Positions 30,800 through 41,123 of a DNA stretch of 64,000 nt are shown in pieces. The notes beneath the pieces are model-generated. The model saw nothing but the letters and a program-made list of their open reading frames with translations, was not told where the DNA came from and searched no databases. The stretch is from positions 5,152,001-5,216,000 of the forward strand of contig OZ244042.1 in NCBI GenBank assembly GCA_965215015.1, read 5' to 3'. Each line of letters opens with the position of its first letter. Position 1 is the first letter of the stretch. The translations under genes were made by a program, and so were the position numbers. The DNA is from Candidatus Poribacteria bacterium (lineage in GTDB: Bacteria > Poribacteria > WGA-4E > PCPOR2b).

Positions 30800-31867
30800 A
30801 TGAAGGTCGGTACATTTATGATGCCGCTGCATCCACCAGAAAAAGATCGGACACAGACATTTGAAGAGGACGTAGAATGCGTTATCTGGGCAGACGAACT
30901 CGGATTCAGTGAAGCTTGGATTGGGCAGCACCATACCGCAGGGTGGGAGCCGATTCCTTCTAATGATGTATTCATCGCCCACATGTTGCCACAGACGGAA
31001 AATATTCGCTTGGGCACCGGCGTGACTATCATCACCCAACATCATCCTGCCAACGTCGCTGTCAGGCTTGCCTATCTCGATCACCTAGCGAAGGGAAGAC
31101 TCAACGTCGGGTTTGGACAGGGCGGTGTGCCGACCGATTGGGCCTTGTTTGACCTACCCGACCCTCGGACGCAAGGGTTGATGACCCTCGAAGCGATGGA
31201 CATCGTCCTCAAACTCTGGCAGGAAGATGGACCCTTCGAGTTCAAGGGGGATTACTGGAACGTCAAACTCGACGAGAAGGTGCCCGAACTCGGGTTAGGA
31301 CAGGTTTTGAAACCGTACCAGCAACCGTACCCGCCAATTGCGATGAGCATCGTCAGGGAAGAGTCGATGGCAGCGACGACAGGGGGGCAGCGGGGGTTCA
31401 TTCCAATCAGCATCAACATGGCACCGCCTCACAAGGTAAAGCGGCAGTGGGAGCTTTACTGCGAAGGTGCCCTTCAAGCCGGGCGCGAACCTGACCGTTC
31501 AGAATGGCGGATCTCCCGCAGCATATTTGTCGGAGAATCGGATGCGGAAGCACGGGAACATGCCTTGAACGGTGCATTCGCCGCTTCGTTGGTCTACCTA
31601 CGCGGTATGCTCACACTTGCCCGGATGCAGGACCTGCTGAAACAGAACCCAGAAATGCCAGACGAAGCGGTTGATGCCGAATATATCATCGACAACATCG
31701 CTATCGTCGGCAGCGTTGACACGGTCACGCGAAAGCTTCAGGACCTCTACGATCTCACCGGCGGTTTCGGCACAGTGTTGATGATTGGGCACGATTGGGA
31801 TGACAAGGCGAAGATGCGCCAGTCGATGGAATTGATGGCAAAAGAGGTTATCCCCCAACTGCCGTGA
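30800..31867 (+). CDS. Luciferase-like (LLM) flavin-dependent monooxygenase
   Basis: FMMPLHPP, ADELGFSEAWIGQHH, IRLGTGV, LDHLAKGRL. Confidence 0.9.
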   Translation: MKVGTFMMPLHPPEKDRTQTFEEDVECVIWADELGFSEAWIGQHHTAGWEPIPSNDVFIAHMLPQTENIRLGTGVTIITQHHPANVAVRLAYLDHLAKGRLNVGFGQGGVPTDWALFDLPDPRTQGLMTLEAMDIVLKLWQEDGPFEFKGDYWNVKLDEKVPELGLGQVLKPYQQPYPPIAMSIVREESMAATTGGQRGFIPISINMAPPHKVKRQWELYCEGALQAGREPDRSEWRISRSIFVGESDAEAREHALNGAFAASLVYLRGMLTLARMQDLLKQNPEMPDEAVDAEYIIDNIAIVGSVDTVTRKLQDLYDLTGGFGTVLMIGHDWDDKAKMRQSMELMAKEVIPQLP

Positions 31868-32089
31868 AGGGTAGGGAAGGCGGTAGTGAAAAGGAAAGCA
31901 GTTCAAATACAATCGCTCAAGATTATTGTTGAAGGGCACTTAATGGGTATGTCGTCTATCCAAGCAGTATGTAGGTTGGGTTGAACGGAACCAATGGAAA
32001 ATACCAAGTATCACAACTAGATGAAAGGGGCATAATTCGAGATACACTATAGCGGAACCCAAGTGAGGGTGCCTGGGTCATAGGTTAAG

Positions 32090-33031
32090 TTATTTCCTTT
32101 CCTGTTTGAATGCTTCATATAGATCTGCCACCCCCGCCTCTGTCGCATCCCCGTCGTGAGCCAAGATTCGTATTCCGAGATCCAGTTCATCGCCCCGATT
32201 CAAAATCCCCTTCTCTCTCATAAATGGGTTCAACAGCATCGTCCCATAGTCGAAACAGAACCATTCGATGCCGGCAGCAGAAGTGTTCGGAATCACAGTT
32301 ATGCCTGCTTTTCGACCACCTACCGCGGGACCCGACATATCAACCCAGTCCGCAATTTGGTTGCAGACCGCCTGCTGCCCCACTCTGCCTTCCGAATCTA
32401 TTAGCTTGCCGCCGTTGGTGGGACGCAGCTCATCCGCCAACCGAATCGTAAAGTAGGCGTGGCGTGTCGTTCCGATAGTAACATCCCAATCGGTTGGCCT
32501 TAGTTGGGACCGGATGTCGAGGACGTTGGCAACCTCCCCCGGATAGAAGTCAATGGTCCGCGTCTCTTCAGCTAATACCCGACGACCGATATCCGCCGGC
32601 GCGCCCCACTCCTCAGGACCCTGCCACTGAATGCTCTGCACTACCCGGAGATGGTTCTCGGAAATCTCCTCGCTCTCAACCCCAATAACCCAAATTCTAC
32701 CCGGGGCGCGCCCTTGGAAGATGTTGTTAACGTAGAAATTATATGTCGCCTCCTCCGTTAGTTTGGAAATCGCCGGAGACAGGGGCGGCAGTTGGACAAA
32801 AAAGACATCGGCACTGACTGTGATTGAATTGTGGTGTGGGTGATCCACCGGGCTCTCAGCAGTCAGCGATACCCCCCTAGGAGAGTATACCGGGAACAGA
32901 TAGCACCGGTGAATACCCTGAGTCAAATCGGTTATTGCTCGTCCCTTCCACCGTATCTTGACGCTTGTAAACCGAGGTGCAATTGACCTAGGCTCAGGAC
33001 GTTGATGTATATCGACGTGGAAATGCTCCAT
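32090..33031 (-). CDS. DUF6807/'PmoA-like' family protein
   Basis: YLFPVYSPRG, PVDHPHHNS, WVDMSG. Confidence 0.7.
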   Translation of the reverse strand: MEHFHVDIHQRPEPRSIAPRFTSVKIRWKGRAITDLTQGIHRCYLFPVYSPRGVSLTAESPVDHPHHNSITVSADVFFVQLPPLSPAISKLTEEATYNFYVNNIFQGRAPGRIWVIGVESEEISENHLRVVQSIQWQGPEEWGAPADIGRRVLAEETRTIDFYPGEVANVLDIRSQLRPTDWDVTIGTTRHAYFTIRLADELRPTNGGKLIDSEGRVGQQAVCNQIADWVDMSGPAVGGRKAGITVIPNTSAAGIEWFCFDYGTMLLNPFMREKGILNRGDELDLGIRILAHDGDATEAGVADLYEAFKQERK

Positions 33032-33033
33032 TT

Positions 33034-34167
33034 TTAGCCTCTCTGTTCTCGATTGACTTTCCGGGCTCCACTGCTCATTATCTGCTCGGGTGGAATTTCT
33101 ACCGTCCGCCCGGTCTTGGACGATTCAACCGCGGCGTCGGTGATCCGAATGGAGTTCAAGTTATCCCGCCCGGAGGTTTGGGGTTCGACACCTGCCGCAA
33201 GTGCACGTTGCATCTCTCCCATCGTACCGCCCCACGCATCGGGAAACCAGCTGCCGTGGATGTGAAATACCTGCCGCCGGTCGGGCTCCTCTTTGAACGA
33301 GATAGTTAGCTCCGTCCGTCCATCTCGGAGGGGACCGTATCGCGCGATTGAAGCGGAGGCCTCTGTACCATCAATGTGCCACAGATATGGACTATGGTGG
33401 AGGGCCGGCGCTATGTTGTTGAAATGCAACGTTGACATCAGATCAGCCGGCTCATATTCGCAAAGGATTGTGTAGATCATCGAATCTATCGCATGCTGAC
33501 CGGGGACGCGGGTGGTTGTGGTTTTCACCCGTCGGGGTGTCCGCCCCGTGAAGTAACGGGAGAGATCGACATAATGGATACCGTTGTCTATGATAGTGAA
33601 ATCAGGTGTCGTCCGCCATGCGGAATCAATGCTATCTTGGAACTGGCGGTGGACGTGTAGGACGCTGTATAGGTGACCGAGGCAGCCGCGGTCAATCAGC
33701 AACTTCATCGCGGTGTGATAGGGTGCCCAGCGCGCTTGCTGATTGATCATCAGGGTGATGCCAGCCTCCTGACATATCTCCACAATACGTTCTGCTTCCG
33801 CCAACGTCGGTGCCAGCGGCTTTTGAGAGAGAATATGTTTGCCGGCGCGTGCTAACTGATCGACCGCCGCCAGGCGATCCTCTGGACGCACGGCGAGATC
33901 AATTATCTCGACATCACGCCGATCGATTACCGCTTCAATATTAGTTGTCCAGAAAGGGATATTGTATTCTTCGGCGACCTCGTGGGCTTTCTTCTCAATA
34001 ACATCGCAAGCCGCAACGACGCGATAGCCGAACTTACGATAGGCGGGGAGGTGGGTGTTCCGGGCGATGTTCCCGCAGCCAACGATGGCGATCCCGTAGC
34101 GTTGCACAACCTCCTGGGGCGGGGCTGCTGGAAGATAATCGTCTGGGTGCAGTTCAATCTGTTGCAT
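33034..34167 (-). CDS. Gfo/Idh/MocA oxidoreductase
   Basis: IVGCGNIA, HILSQKP, NGIHYVD. Confidence 0.9.
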   Translation of the reverse strand: MQQIELHPDDYLPAAPPQEVVQRYGIAIVGCGNIARNTHLPAYRKFGYRVVAACDVIEKKAHEVAEEYNIPFWTTNIEAVIDRRDVEIIDLAVRPEDRLAAVDQLARAGKHILSQKPLAPTLAEAERIVEICQEAGITLMINQQARWAPYHTAMKLLIDRGCLGHLYSVLHVHRQFQDSIDSAWRTTPDFTIIDNGIHYVDLSRYFTGRTPRRVKTTTTRVPGQHAIDSMIYTILCEYEPADLMSTLHFNNIAPALHHSPYLWHIDGTEASASIARYGPLRDGRTELTISFKEEPDRRQVFHIHGSWFPDAWGGTMGEMQRALAAGVEPQTSGRDNLNSIRITDAAVESSKTGRTVEIPPEQIMSSGARKVNREQRG

Positions 34168-34263
34168 AACTAAATTCTCCATGCCGTTAAAATTTGCCCT
34201 TTTGGGACGCGGTATGGTAAAATCCCAATAGGTTGGGATTAAGGTTATGACAGAGGCACACAT

Positions 34264-35631
34264 TCACGTCCTACAATTTTCCAAAAATGTACGTGCTGCT
34301 TTTAATGCCTCCTCTGGGGTGCGGATTTCTCCTTCAAACTGGAGGTCTTCAATATGCCTCAAAATACGTCCAATTCTGATACCGGGCATCATCCCAAACG
34401 TCTGTAAGATGTCATCGCCGGTGATTAATCTGCCGCGCCGCATTATCGGACCGATTTCATGATAATAAAGATCCGCAATCTGCTTCATCAGTGCATCAAT
34501 TGGCAGGATGTTCCCTCGCGAGGCCCGCAGATTCGCATAGGATAGCAAAAGGACGCCTAACCAGTCATTTCCGGCGTTTCTTAGAAAGCCAGTCATAGCT
34601 TGACGCTCTATTTGACAGTCGGTATCTATCAAGTCCATCAGGTATAGGTTATTTTGTACAAGGCAGCGCATCAACTGTGTGGCTTTCCTGCCGAGCCGCA
34701 AACGATTCGTTATTCGGACAGTCATTTCTATACCACCTTCGTGCAGCAATAGAGCTAGCTTGAGAATTGGTTGTCGGCACAAATCGTAAATCAATTCTTC
34801 ACGCAGGTAGGCCTTAATGTGTGACCGGTATGATTCTAGCGTATCCGGTATCGGTTTTCTCTCAAATAGTTCGAGGGCAAGCAGGGAATGGTCAAGGGCG
34901 TTCTGATATAATCCACGTATCTCCTCAATTTCGGGGATAATTTGCGAGAGCAGGCGAGTTTCGTCCATACGGTGCAGATAGACGGTTGCGTTTTTAACAT
35001 TTAATATTTTAATTAATTCGTCGCGGATGCGTTCAGACGAAACCTGGGGCAACCGATTTCTATGTCGACGAATGAGATTGATGGTCCCTTCAGGAATTTC
35101 AAATCTTAATTGTGCCGCAAAACGGTATACTCTCAGCAGTCGTAGCGGATCATCAATCACCACCCCTTCGCTTGGAAAGCGCAGTGTTCGCGCTTTAAGG
35201 TCCGAGAAACCGTCACACGGATTAATCAGATTCACCTCCGACTTCGTCAAGAATGATGAAAGATCTAGTGCCATCGCATTGATTGTTAAATCACGCAGAT
35301 ATAAATCGCCCTCCAAGGTCTCAGCGCGAAATCCGGCGAAATCTAAGATGAGCTGCGTCTCTCTAATGACGATCCGGGCTATCGGTGGCTGTTCTTCTAA
35401 TCTTACAAACGCCTCGCCGATTTTATCCGCAAAGGCTTTGGCAAAAGTGATCGCATCGTAGGCTAGCGCGAGATCCAAATCTGTAACAGGTCGATTGAGA
35501 AGCAGGTCCCGGACGGAACCACCAACAAGGTAGAGTTGAATCCCTCGCTTTTCCGCGAACACATGGAGCTGACGGATTAGCTGTGGCTGCGGCAGATGTT
35601 GGCGTAGGGGTGCGCCTGGAATAGAGTGCAT
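34264..35631 (-). CDS. Class II tRNA nucleotidyltransferase (CCA/CC-adding)
   Basis: YLVGGSVRD, DLD, RDLTINAMA, DDPLRLLR, SERIRDEL, PGIRIG. Confidence 0.85.
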   Translation of the reverse strand: MHSIPGAPLRQHLPQPQLIRQLHVFAEKRGIQLYLVGGSVRDLLLNRPVTDLDLALAYDAITFAKAFADKIGEAFVRLEEQPPIARIVIRETQLILDFAGFRAETLEGDLYLRDLTINAMALDLSSFLTKSEVNLINPCDGFSDLKARTLRFPSEGVVIDDPLRLLRVYRFAAQLRFEIPEGTINLIRRHRNRLPQVSSERIRDELIKILNVKNATVYLHRMDETRLLSQIIPEIEEIRGLYQNALDHSLLALELFERKPIPDTLESYRSHIKAYLREELIYDLCRQPILKLALLLHEGGIEMTVRITNRLRLGRKATQLMRCLVQNNLYLMDLIDTDCQIERQAMTGFLRNAGNDWLGVLLLSYANLRASRGNILPIDALMKQIADLYYHEIGPIMRRGRLITGDDILQTFGMMPGIRIGRILRHIEDLQFEGEIRTPEEALKAARTFLENCRT

Positions 35632-35825
35632 TTTCACATTCGGAACTGAGCGAGAGTGTCTAGAGTGCAAGCTGCTTCATAATTTGCCCTAGAGCGTTTT
35701 CCTGCTCCCTCCCGTTTAGCAATAGTCTCCTTTTGGGTAAACCCCAAAGGTTTACCTTTGGGGGGGACACACTTGCTTTAGCAGATTTTTACCGTCTGTT
35801 AGCGTACCGCTAACAGACAGGATAG

Positions 35826-35888
35826 AGCAATTCCACTCCTAAAGGAACAAGTAAGAATCCCAAGCCTTTAGGGGTAGGAGTACGTCAA
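35826..35888 (+). mobile_element. IS200/IS605-family right-end-like remnant
   Basis: AAGAATCCCAAGCCTTTAGGGGTAGGAGTACGTCAA: subterminal hairpin ending in TCAA; no tnpA or tnpB nearby. Confidence 0.5.
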
Positions 35889-35897
35889 AAAGGCAAA

Positions 35898-37226
35898 ATG
35901 TTGAGAATACGAAAGCGATTAAGGGCACCGTTGGTCATCTCTCTTTGCCTCCATCTCATCTTTGCTGTCCTTGTCGTGCTAAAGATTCGACAGGGAATTG
36001 TAGAAGATGACGCTCTCAGCGTTGAGTGGGTTCAGCTGCCTCCATCAGCTCGTAAGCTGCCGAGAAAGGTCCGTCTCCAACCTGTACAGTCCCTTCGTGA
36101 GACACAAGATAGACAGGCACAGGGACTACCCTTACAAACTGTGACGCCGGTGGGGACACCTCTCGCAGTTGACTTGCCACAAAAGAGAGAACCCCTCTCG
36201 TTAAGCGAGGATCCAGCCATCAACCTTGACAAGGATTTATCTGTAGAAACGGATCTTGTGCCCCCCCATTCCGCAACGATGCACCGAGACACCCCAGCTG
36301 TGGGAGAAGGTTTTGTGCCCGCCCAAAGAGGGTTACCACGAGGAGTACCCCTACGGCGCGGGAAAAATGAAGGGGCACCTATCGGGGCAAGTCTTGTGGC
36401 TGAACGAAACGAGGAGATACAAGACCTCGCTCTCGATGTGAAGAATCCAATCCTAGTTCCTGAAGATCGCCTAGGGGCTGTTCTTGAGGGCGAAGGCACA
36501 GAAATTCGCGGGCATATTCGCCTGATTCGCCTCAAACACTCCCTTTCCGATTGGTGGCAGGACCCAACTGCTATATCCAGCTTTGCGAGATGGCTTGGAG
36601 AAAATACCAGTCTCCGCGCTGACATGAAATACGCAGGAGGTTCACTCCGACTGACCGATTCGCGTATCCTTGATGCTCCGCTGGTTATCATGACGGGGCA
36701 CGACAAGGACATCACTGTTGGACGGAATCTCGCTAAAGGGGGACCGTTGACCAATTCCTTTTCTGCGTCAGAACGGGCAGCGTTGCGGAAGTATATTGTC
36801 GAGCGGGGGGGGATGCTCTTTTTCGACGATTGCGGATTTCACGGCTTGTTCGCCGCGATCGCTGCTGATGAGCTATCTACAATCTTCCCCGAATATCCGC
36901 TAGAGAATCTGCCACACCACCATGAAATCTACAACATTTATTATCAGCTACCCCGTCCCCCAACCGGCGGCGATGTTTTCTGGGGGTCCGAAAACCATCC
37001 AAAACCCACGCAGTTCAAGTATCAAAGAGGAATCACTATAAACAATCGATTGGCTGTCATCTTTAATCGCAAGGATTATATGTGTGCGATGGAGACGGTG
37101 GAGATTGAAAGCCGAACTATGTTACGGCTGCGTCGCTCGACAGATGTCCATCGCTTCATGACGAACCTGCTCGTTTATACCATGAAGTATGGAGGGAATA
37201 CGGATCGTTCAGGGTATAAACCCTAG
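35898..37226 (+). CDS. DUF4159-domain protein with N-terminal TM anchor and Pro-rich linker
   Basis: ISLCLHL anchor; DWWQDP, IMTGH, LRKYI..GGMLFFDDCG. Confidence 0.75.
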   Translation: MLRIRKRLRAPLVISLCLHLIFAVLVVLKIRQGIVEDDALSVEWVQLPPSARKLPRKVRLQPVQSLRETQDRQAQGLPLQTVTPVGTPLAVDLPQKREPLSLSEDPAINLDKDLSVETDLVPPHSATMHRDTPAVGEGFVPAQRGLPRGVPLRRGKNEGAPIGASLVAERNEEIQDLALDVKNPILVPEDRLGAVLEGEGTEIRGHIRLIRLKHSLSDWWQDPTAISSFARWLGENTSLRADMKYAGGSLRLTDSRILDAPLVIMTGHDKDITVGRNLAKGGPLTNSFSASERAALRKYIVERGGMLFFDDCGFHGLFAAIAADELSTIFPEYPLENLPHHHEIYNIYYQLPRPPTGGDVFWGSENHPKPTQFKYQRGITINNRLAVIFNRKDYMCAMETVEIESRTMLRLRRSTDVHRFMTNLLVYTMKYGGNTDRSGYKP

Positions 37227-37229
37227 GCC

Positions 37230-38309
37230 TTACCGCCAGAAGACATTGACCTTCAATTCGTCTGCGAGTGTTGCTAGTGATTTCAGGTGCGCTGGATGCA
37301 ACGGGATGCCGTTACGCAACGCATCCTGCTGATGTAGCCACTCGATCTCACCGGGGAGATAGATGCGCTCAATACCTTCAGCACGTGGCGCGTTGCGGAC
37401 AGTACGGATTTCCGCATCCACCGCTTCCGTAAATTCGTCCAACGGACAGAAGTTACTAACCTTAATCGCAAAAAAGAAATGTCCCCGTCTCGCTAGGTCG
37501 GGCGGTGTCTCCGGCGTCCTATTGCAGGCTGCCGGGCCTCCGGTCATCACACCGCTGAGGATACTCATCACGATTGCTAAACCGTGCCCTTTATACCCAC
37601 CAAAGGGCAGCATCCCGCTCGCTTGACTCGGATCTTGTGTCGGCTTGCCATCCGCGTTCAACACATAGCCGGGAGGCAGCTGTTTCCCCTCCATCGCATA
37701 TGTTCCGACATGGCCCCACGCAATCTGCCCACATGCCATGTCCAGCACAATCGGCAGCTCCGTTTTGGTTGGTATTGCGTAGCCGACGGGATGATTGCCG
37801 AGCAGCCCTGACATCCCGCCGTGCGGCACGACACTTGCTCCACCCGTTTTGGTCGTGCTGAACCCGATCATTCCCTGTGGCAGTGCCCTCATTGCGAAAC
37901 ACGCTGCTGCACCGTAATGGTTGCTATTGCGGACCGCAACCGATGCAAAACCTGTGGTGTCAGCCTTTTCGATCGCCATATCCATCGCATATATACCAGC
38001 GACATGCCCAAGGCTATTATCCGCATCAACGAGCGCGGTGCTCGGCGCATCTGTCAAGATCTGCGGGTTTGGCTTTGGATTAATCTCGCCGGTGAGGAGG
38101 CCGCGCACATAGCCCGGAAGAGCCCGAGTCCCGTGTGAAAAAACACCCCGCTCATCGGTTTCAACCTGCATCCGGGCGACGGCATCGGCATCCGCTTGGG
38201 GAACACCAGCCTTTTGGTAGAGAGCACTTGTAAAATGCTGAAAGGGTTCAGATTCAATTCTGATTTTGTTGTCCTGTTGATTCTCTGCTTCGTGCAATTT
38301 GCCTCCCAT
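37230..38309 (-). CDS. Ldh_2 family (malate/L-lactate/ureidoglycolate) dehydrogenase
   Basis: GVFSHG, NSNHYG, GNHP, LDMA, GGYKGHGL, IYLPGE. Confidence 0.9.
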   Translation of the reverse strand: MGGKLHEAENQQDNKIRIESEPFQHFTSALYQKAGVPQADADAVARMQVETDERGVFSHGTRALPGYVRGLLTGEINPKPNPQILTDAPSTALVDADNSLGHVAGIYAMDMAIEKADTTGFASVAVRNSNHYGAAACFAMRALPQGMIGFSTTKTGGASVVPHGGMSGLLGNHPVGYAIPTKTELPIVLDMACGQIAWGHVGTYAMEGKQLPPGYVLNADGKPTQDPSQASGMLPFGGYKGHGLAIVMSILSGVMTGGPAACNRTPETPPDLARRGHFFFAIKVSNFCPLDEFTEAVDAEIRTVRNAPRAEGIERIYLPGEIEWLHQQDALRNGIPLHPAHLKSLATLADELKVNVFWR

Positions 38310-38467
38310 CTAAACCGCACTGCGGCTTGCACCGTGTACGGTTTGCCTAGTTGTTGATGCTAATTAAGATCTGTTCGTAGTAGCGCAATTCATTGCGCGT
38401 GCCGCATTGCCGAAAAATCTTCCGTTTTCAACTGGTTAAAATAAACCCTACTTCCTACCAGTATCTT

Positions 38468-38891
38468 TTAACAAGCGACCATCTCTGCAAGACATTGTGC
38501 CCAACCTTTGGTGAAATCTTCTTTCTTCGCTTCAGGTACCGCTAAAAAGGGGTTATTTATTAGATTATCAATAAAAAACCCTTCAATCACGGCGGATACC
38601 GAGTAATCAGGTTCGCCATACAATTCTCGATCATAGACTAAAGACCGGTGCGACCAGAGTTTTAATTTCCGATGATGTTTCCACGCTTGATGCAAGAAGG
38701 GAAAAATAAAGTTCTCACGAAAGAAGGTATCACTTTCGTCCATGGATCCCATTTCCAGCGAAAAATTTCAGATCTTCAATAAACAGGTCTGGAAGTTCAA
38801 GTGCCACATCAGGTATAAATTTCCCACTCCTGATGTCGAGGGGATACTAGCTGATCACTTGTTCTATGTTTTGAAAATCGCTGAATGTCAT
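38468..38891 (-). pseudogene. Decayed restriction-endonuclease-like (PD-(D/E)xK) gene
   Basis: MTFSDFQNIEQVIS* stop, frameshift near 38760, then GEPDY...EAKKEDFTKGWAQCLAEMVAC*, truncated. Confidence 0.65.
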
Positions 38892-38947
38892 CTTTTTCTT
38901 TTTTTATTGCTGCTTGTCAGTTACGACGGTTTAAAACCTTCAAAGAT

Positions 38948-39766
38948 TTACCGAGCAAATCTCCGAACTACACGAAAGCCGAATGTATAACACGCAATGT
39001 AGTGACGAAAACGGGCGGCGGTTCGGACACTGCACGCGCTTCGCCGTCCCCGATACCATGAGCCGCCGCGTACCACGTAATATTCGCCGCTATCAGGACC
39101 CCGTGGATTGCAAAACGGGGCATGGTGGTAGTAGTCCGTCTCAAACCAATCATGGCACCACTCCCAGACATTAGCCGCACAATCCATGACACCGTAAGGC
39201 GAACCACCCTGGGGATAGCTCCCAACGGGGGTTGTACCCTTTCCAGCAATATTGCATTTGGCTTCATCAAATTCATTTCCCCAGGGCCAAAGCCGTCCGT
39301 CGCAGCCTCGGGCCGCTTTCTCCCACTGCGCTTCGGTTGGCAAACCGATATCGACACCTGTTTCTTGACTAAACCACTCACAGTAAGCGAGGGCATCCTT
39401 ACGCGTTACGCATACAGCAGGGTGCTCAAGCCGCTCCTCAAGTGGGGCTTCTCGCAGCTTATACCAGATTGATTTGCCGAGACCATCTAATTCTCGTGCC
39501 GTCTGATAGCCGGTCTCATCGACAAACGCCTTGAATTGCCGGTTGGTCACCGTGTATTTCGCAATTCTGTATTCGGAAAGGTAGACCTTTCGTTGTGGCC
39601 GCTCACGCGCAAGCCATTCATCAGGAAATTCAGGATCGATCTCCTTGACGCGGCAGCTCCGTTCATCATCGGATCCCATGATGAACCCACCGGCGGGGAC
39701 GATGAGCCATTCCATTTCGTCCGGTTTTGTGATTATGCGTTCGGGCATCGTTATTCTTTCACGCAT
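38948..39766 (-). CDS. FGE-sulfatase (SUMF1/EgtB-like) domain protein
   Basis: FIMGS, YTVTNRQF, LPTEAQWEKAARG, WPWGN, NVWEWC, RGGSW, GFRV. Confidence 0.9.
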   Translation of the reverse strand: MRERITMPERIITKPDEMEWLIVPAGGFIMGSDDERSCRVKEIDPEFPDEWLARERPQRKVYLSEYRIAKYTVTNRQFKAFVDETGYQTARELDGLGKSIWYKLREAPLEERLEHPAVCVTRKDALAYCEWFSQETGVDIGLPTEAQWEKAARGCDGRLWPWGNEFDEAKCNIAGKGTTPVGSYPQGGSPYGVMDCAANVWEWCHDWFETDYYHHAPFCNPRGPDSGEYYVVRGGSWYRGRRSACSVRTAARFRHYIACYTFGFRVVRRFAR

Positions 39767-39866
39767 TTAATAGTTTTAGACTTAACAATCTATTTTGTTT
39801 TTGATATTATATGAGTGAACTTGCCAATCGTTGTGAATAATTGATGGCGATTCTAAGTCGCCTTAC

Positions 39867-40070
39867 CTATAGGAGCCAATGGGGACACTCCGGGGAATCT
39901 CCCCATCGCACTTGTTCGAGATGCTTAATACAATTTTCATGAGTCGAAAATCGCTCGACAATCTCAAGTAAATTCATACTTGACTCCTTTATTCATGCGG
40001 GTTTAGACGATATGATTATCTCAAAAATACGCCAAAAAGTCAAGCCTTTATCTATTAAGTGCATAAACTA
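39867..40070 (-). mobile_element. IS1595-family remnant (left end, promoter, transposase N-terminus)
   Basis: TTGACT-17-GATAAT (40043-40015), RBS AAGGAG, ORF 39977-39867 MNLLEIVERFSTHENCIKHLEQVRWGDSPECPH*, broken inside the zinc ribbon. Confidence 0.65.
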
Positions 40071-40876
40071 ATGAGTCTCAGTGGTTTTTGGTTATTATGT
40101 ATGGACTTATATTCTTTTTTTAGACGTTCATTTCCTCGAACCGCTGGCTCTCGCCAAACGTTTGTGATCCCGTTTTCACAATAAAATTTACTTCTTAATT
40201 TCGTCCATCCTCTGCCCGTAATGGGTTGTTGACCATCTAGTGAAAAGTATGGTTTACCGTCTTTACTTCCATATCTGTTAGCATATTCAACAATCTTTTC
40301 AAATGCTTCAGGTGGTGGATAATACCAAAGATGATCTTTCGTAAAATATTTCCTTGTTGCTGCATTTCTTACGCCGCAAGCCTTATTCGTTTTATAGAGA
40401 GGCAGTCCAGTTCGCTCCCATTCATAGCGAAGCCACTGCTGCATATCCATCTGGATACCACCTGCCTTGAAAAAGGCCTTCTTGGTATACTGAACGCACA
40501 CTTCAGTCACTATAGGAAATTTTCTGAGCGTTTTACTGTTTGAATTACCGGCGATGTGTGCTATTCCCTTATCCCATATATGACAATTTCTATATTCCCA
40601 ACCGTATTCAACTAAAATCGGGTGGACGTTTGCCCAACCAATTTCAGTATTCCAGAACCAGAGCGTAGTCATAGGTGTTGAATATTCACTCCACTTCTGT
40701 ATGTGTGGTCTATACCATTCGCGCAAACATTCTGAGGTTGGTAGATCCCCACGATAACCACCCACACCATAAGGTCCGTCGGAAATGATTACAACCGGAG
40801 CTTCCCACCTTGAGTATAGATTGAGAGAATCCCCAGCATATATGATAACCCCATTTCTTTCGTAAAATTCCATCAT
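40055..40876 (-). pseudogene. Truncated beta-class (N4/N6) DNA methyltransferase
   Basis: GDSL, SDGPY motif IV, HIWDKG, TNVW, HNNQKP, then a stop before the SAM-binding motif I; AT-rich. Confidence 0.75.
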
Positions 40877-41048
40877 TAAATTCCTTGCTTACTTAAAATT
40901 TCAATTGAAAAGAGAAAAAGTTCAAACGAATGATATTAAAAATCGCATATCTACCAGAAATTGCTCCAATCATATCATCCAACATAAACTCCGTCAAGCG
41001 TAGAAAGCAGGGAAAGGTAAGAGGCAGTGTCTGTAAGCACAAATCCTC

Positions 41049-41077
41049 TTGAGCGGAGCGCGAAGATGGGTTATACT
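41049..41077 (+). promoter_or_regulatory. sigma70-type promoter
   Basis: TTGAGC-17-TATACT. Confidence 0.5.
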
Positions 41078-41123
41078 TGAATCATCAACCCAATCGAACT
41101 GATATAATGGAGGGAACCCTTTC

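Noticed and set aside
32090-33031. Particulate methane monooxygenase
   Set aside because: The 'PmoA' family label is misleading: the protein looks soluble and has no pmoB/pmoC neighbours.
38948-39766. DGR target, or a true formylglycine-generating enzyme
   Set aside because: I found no template repeat of its 3' end in the window, and the two-Cys FGE catalytic motif after RGGS is not intact.
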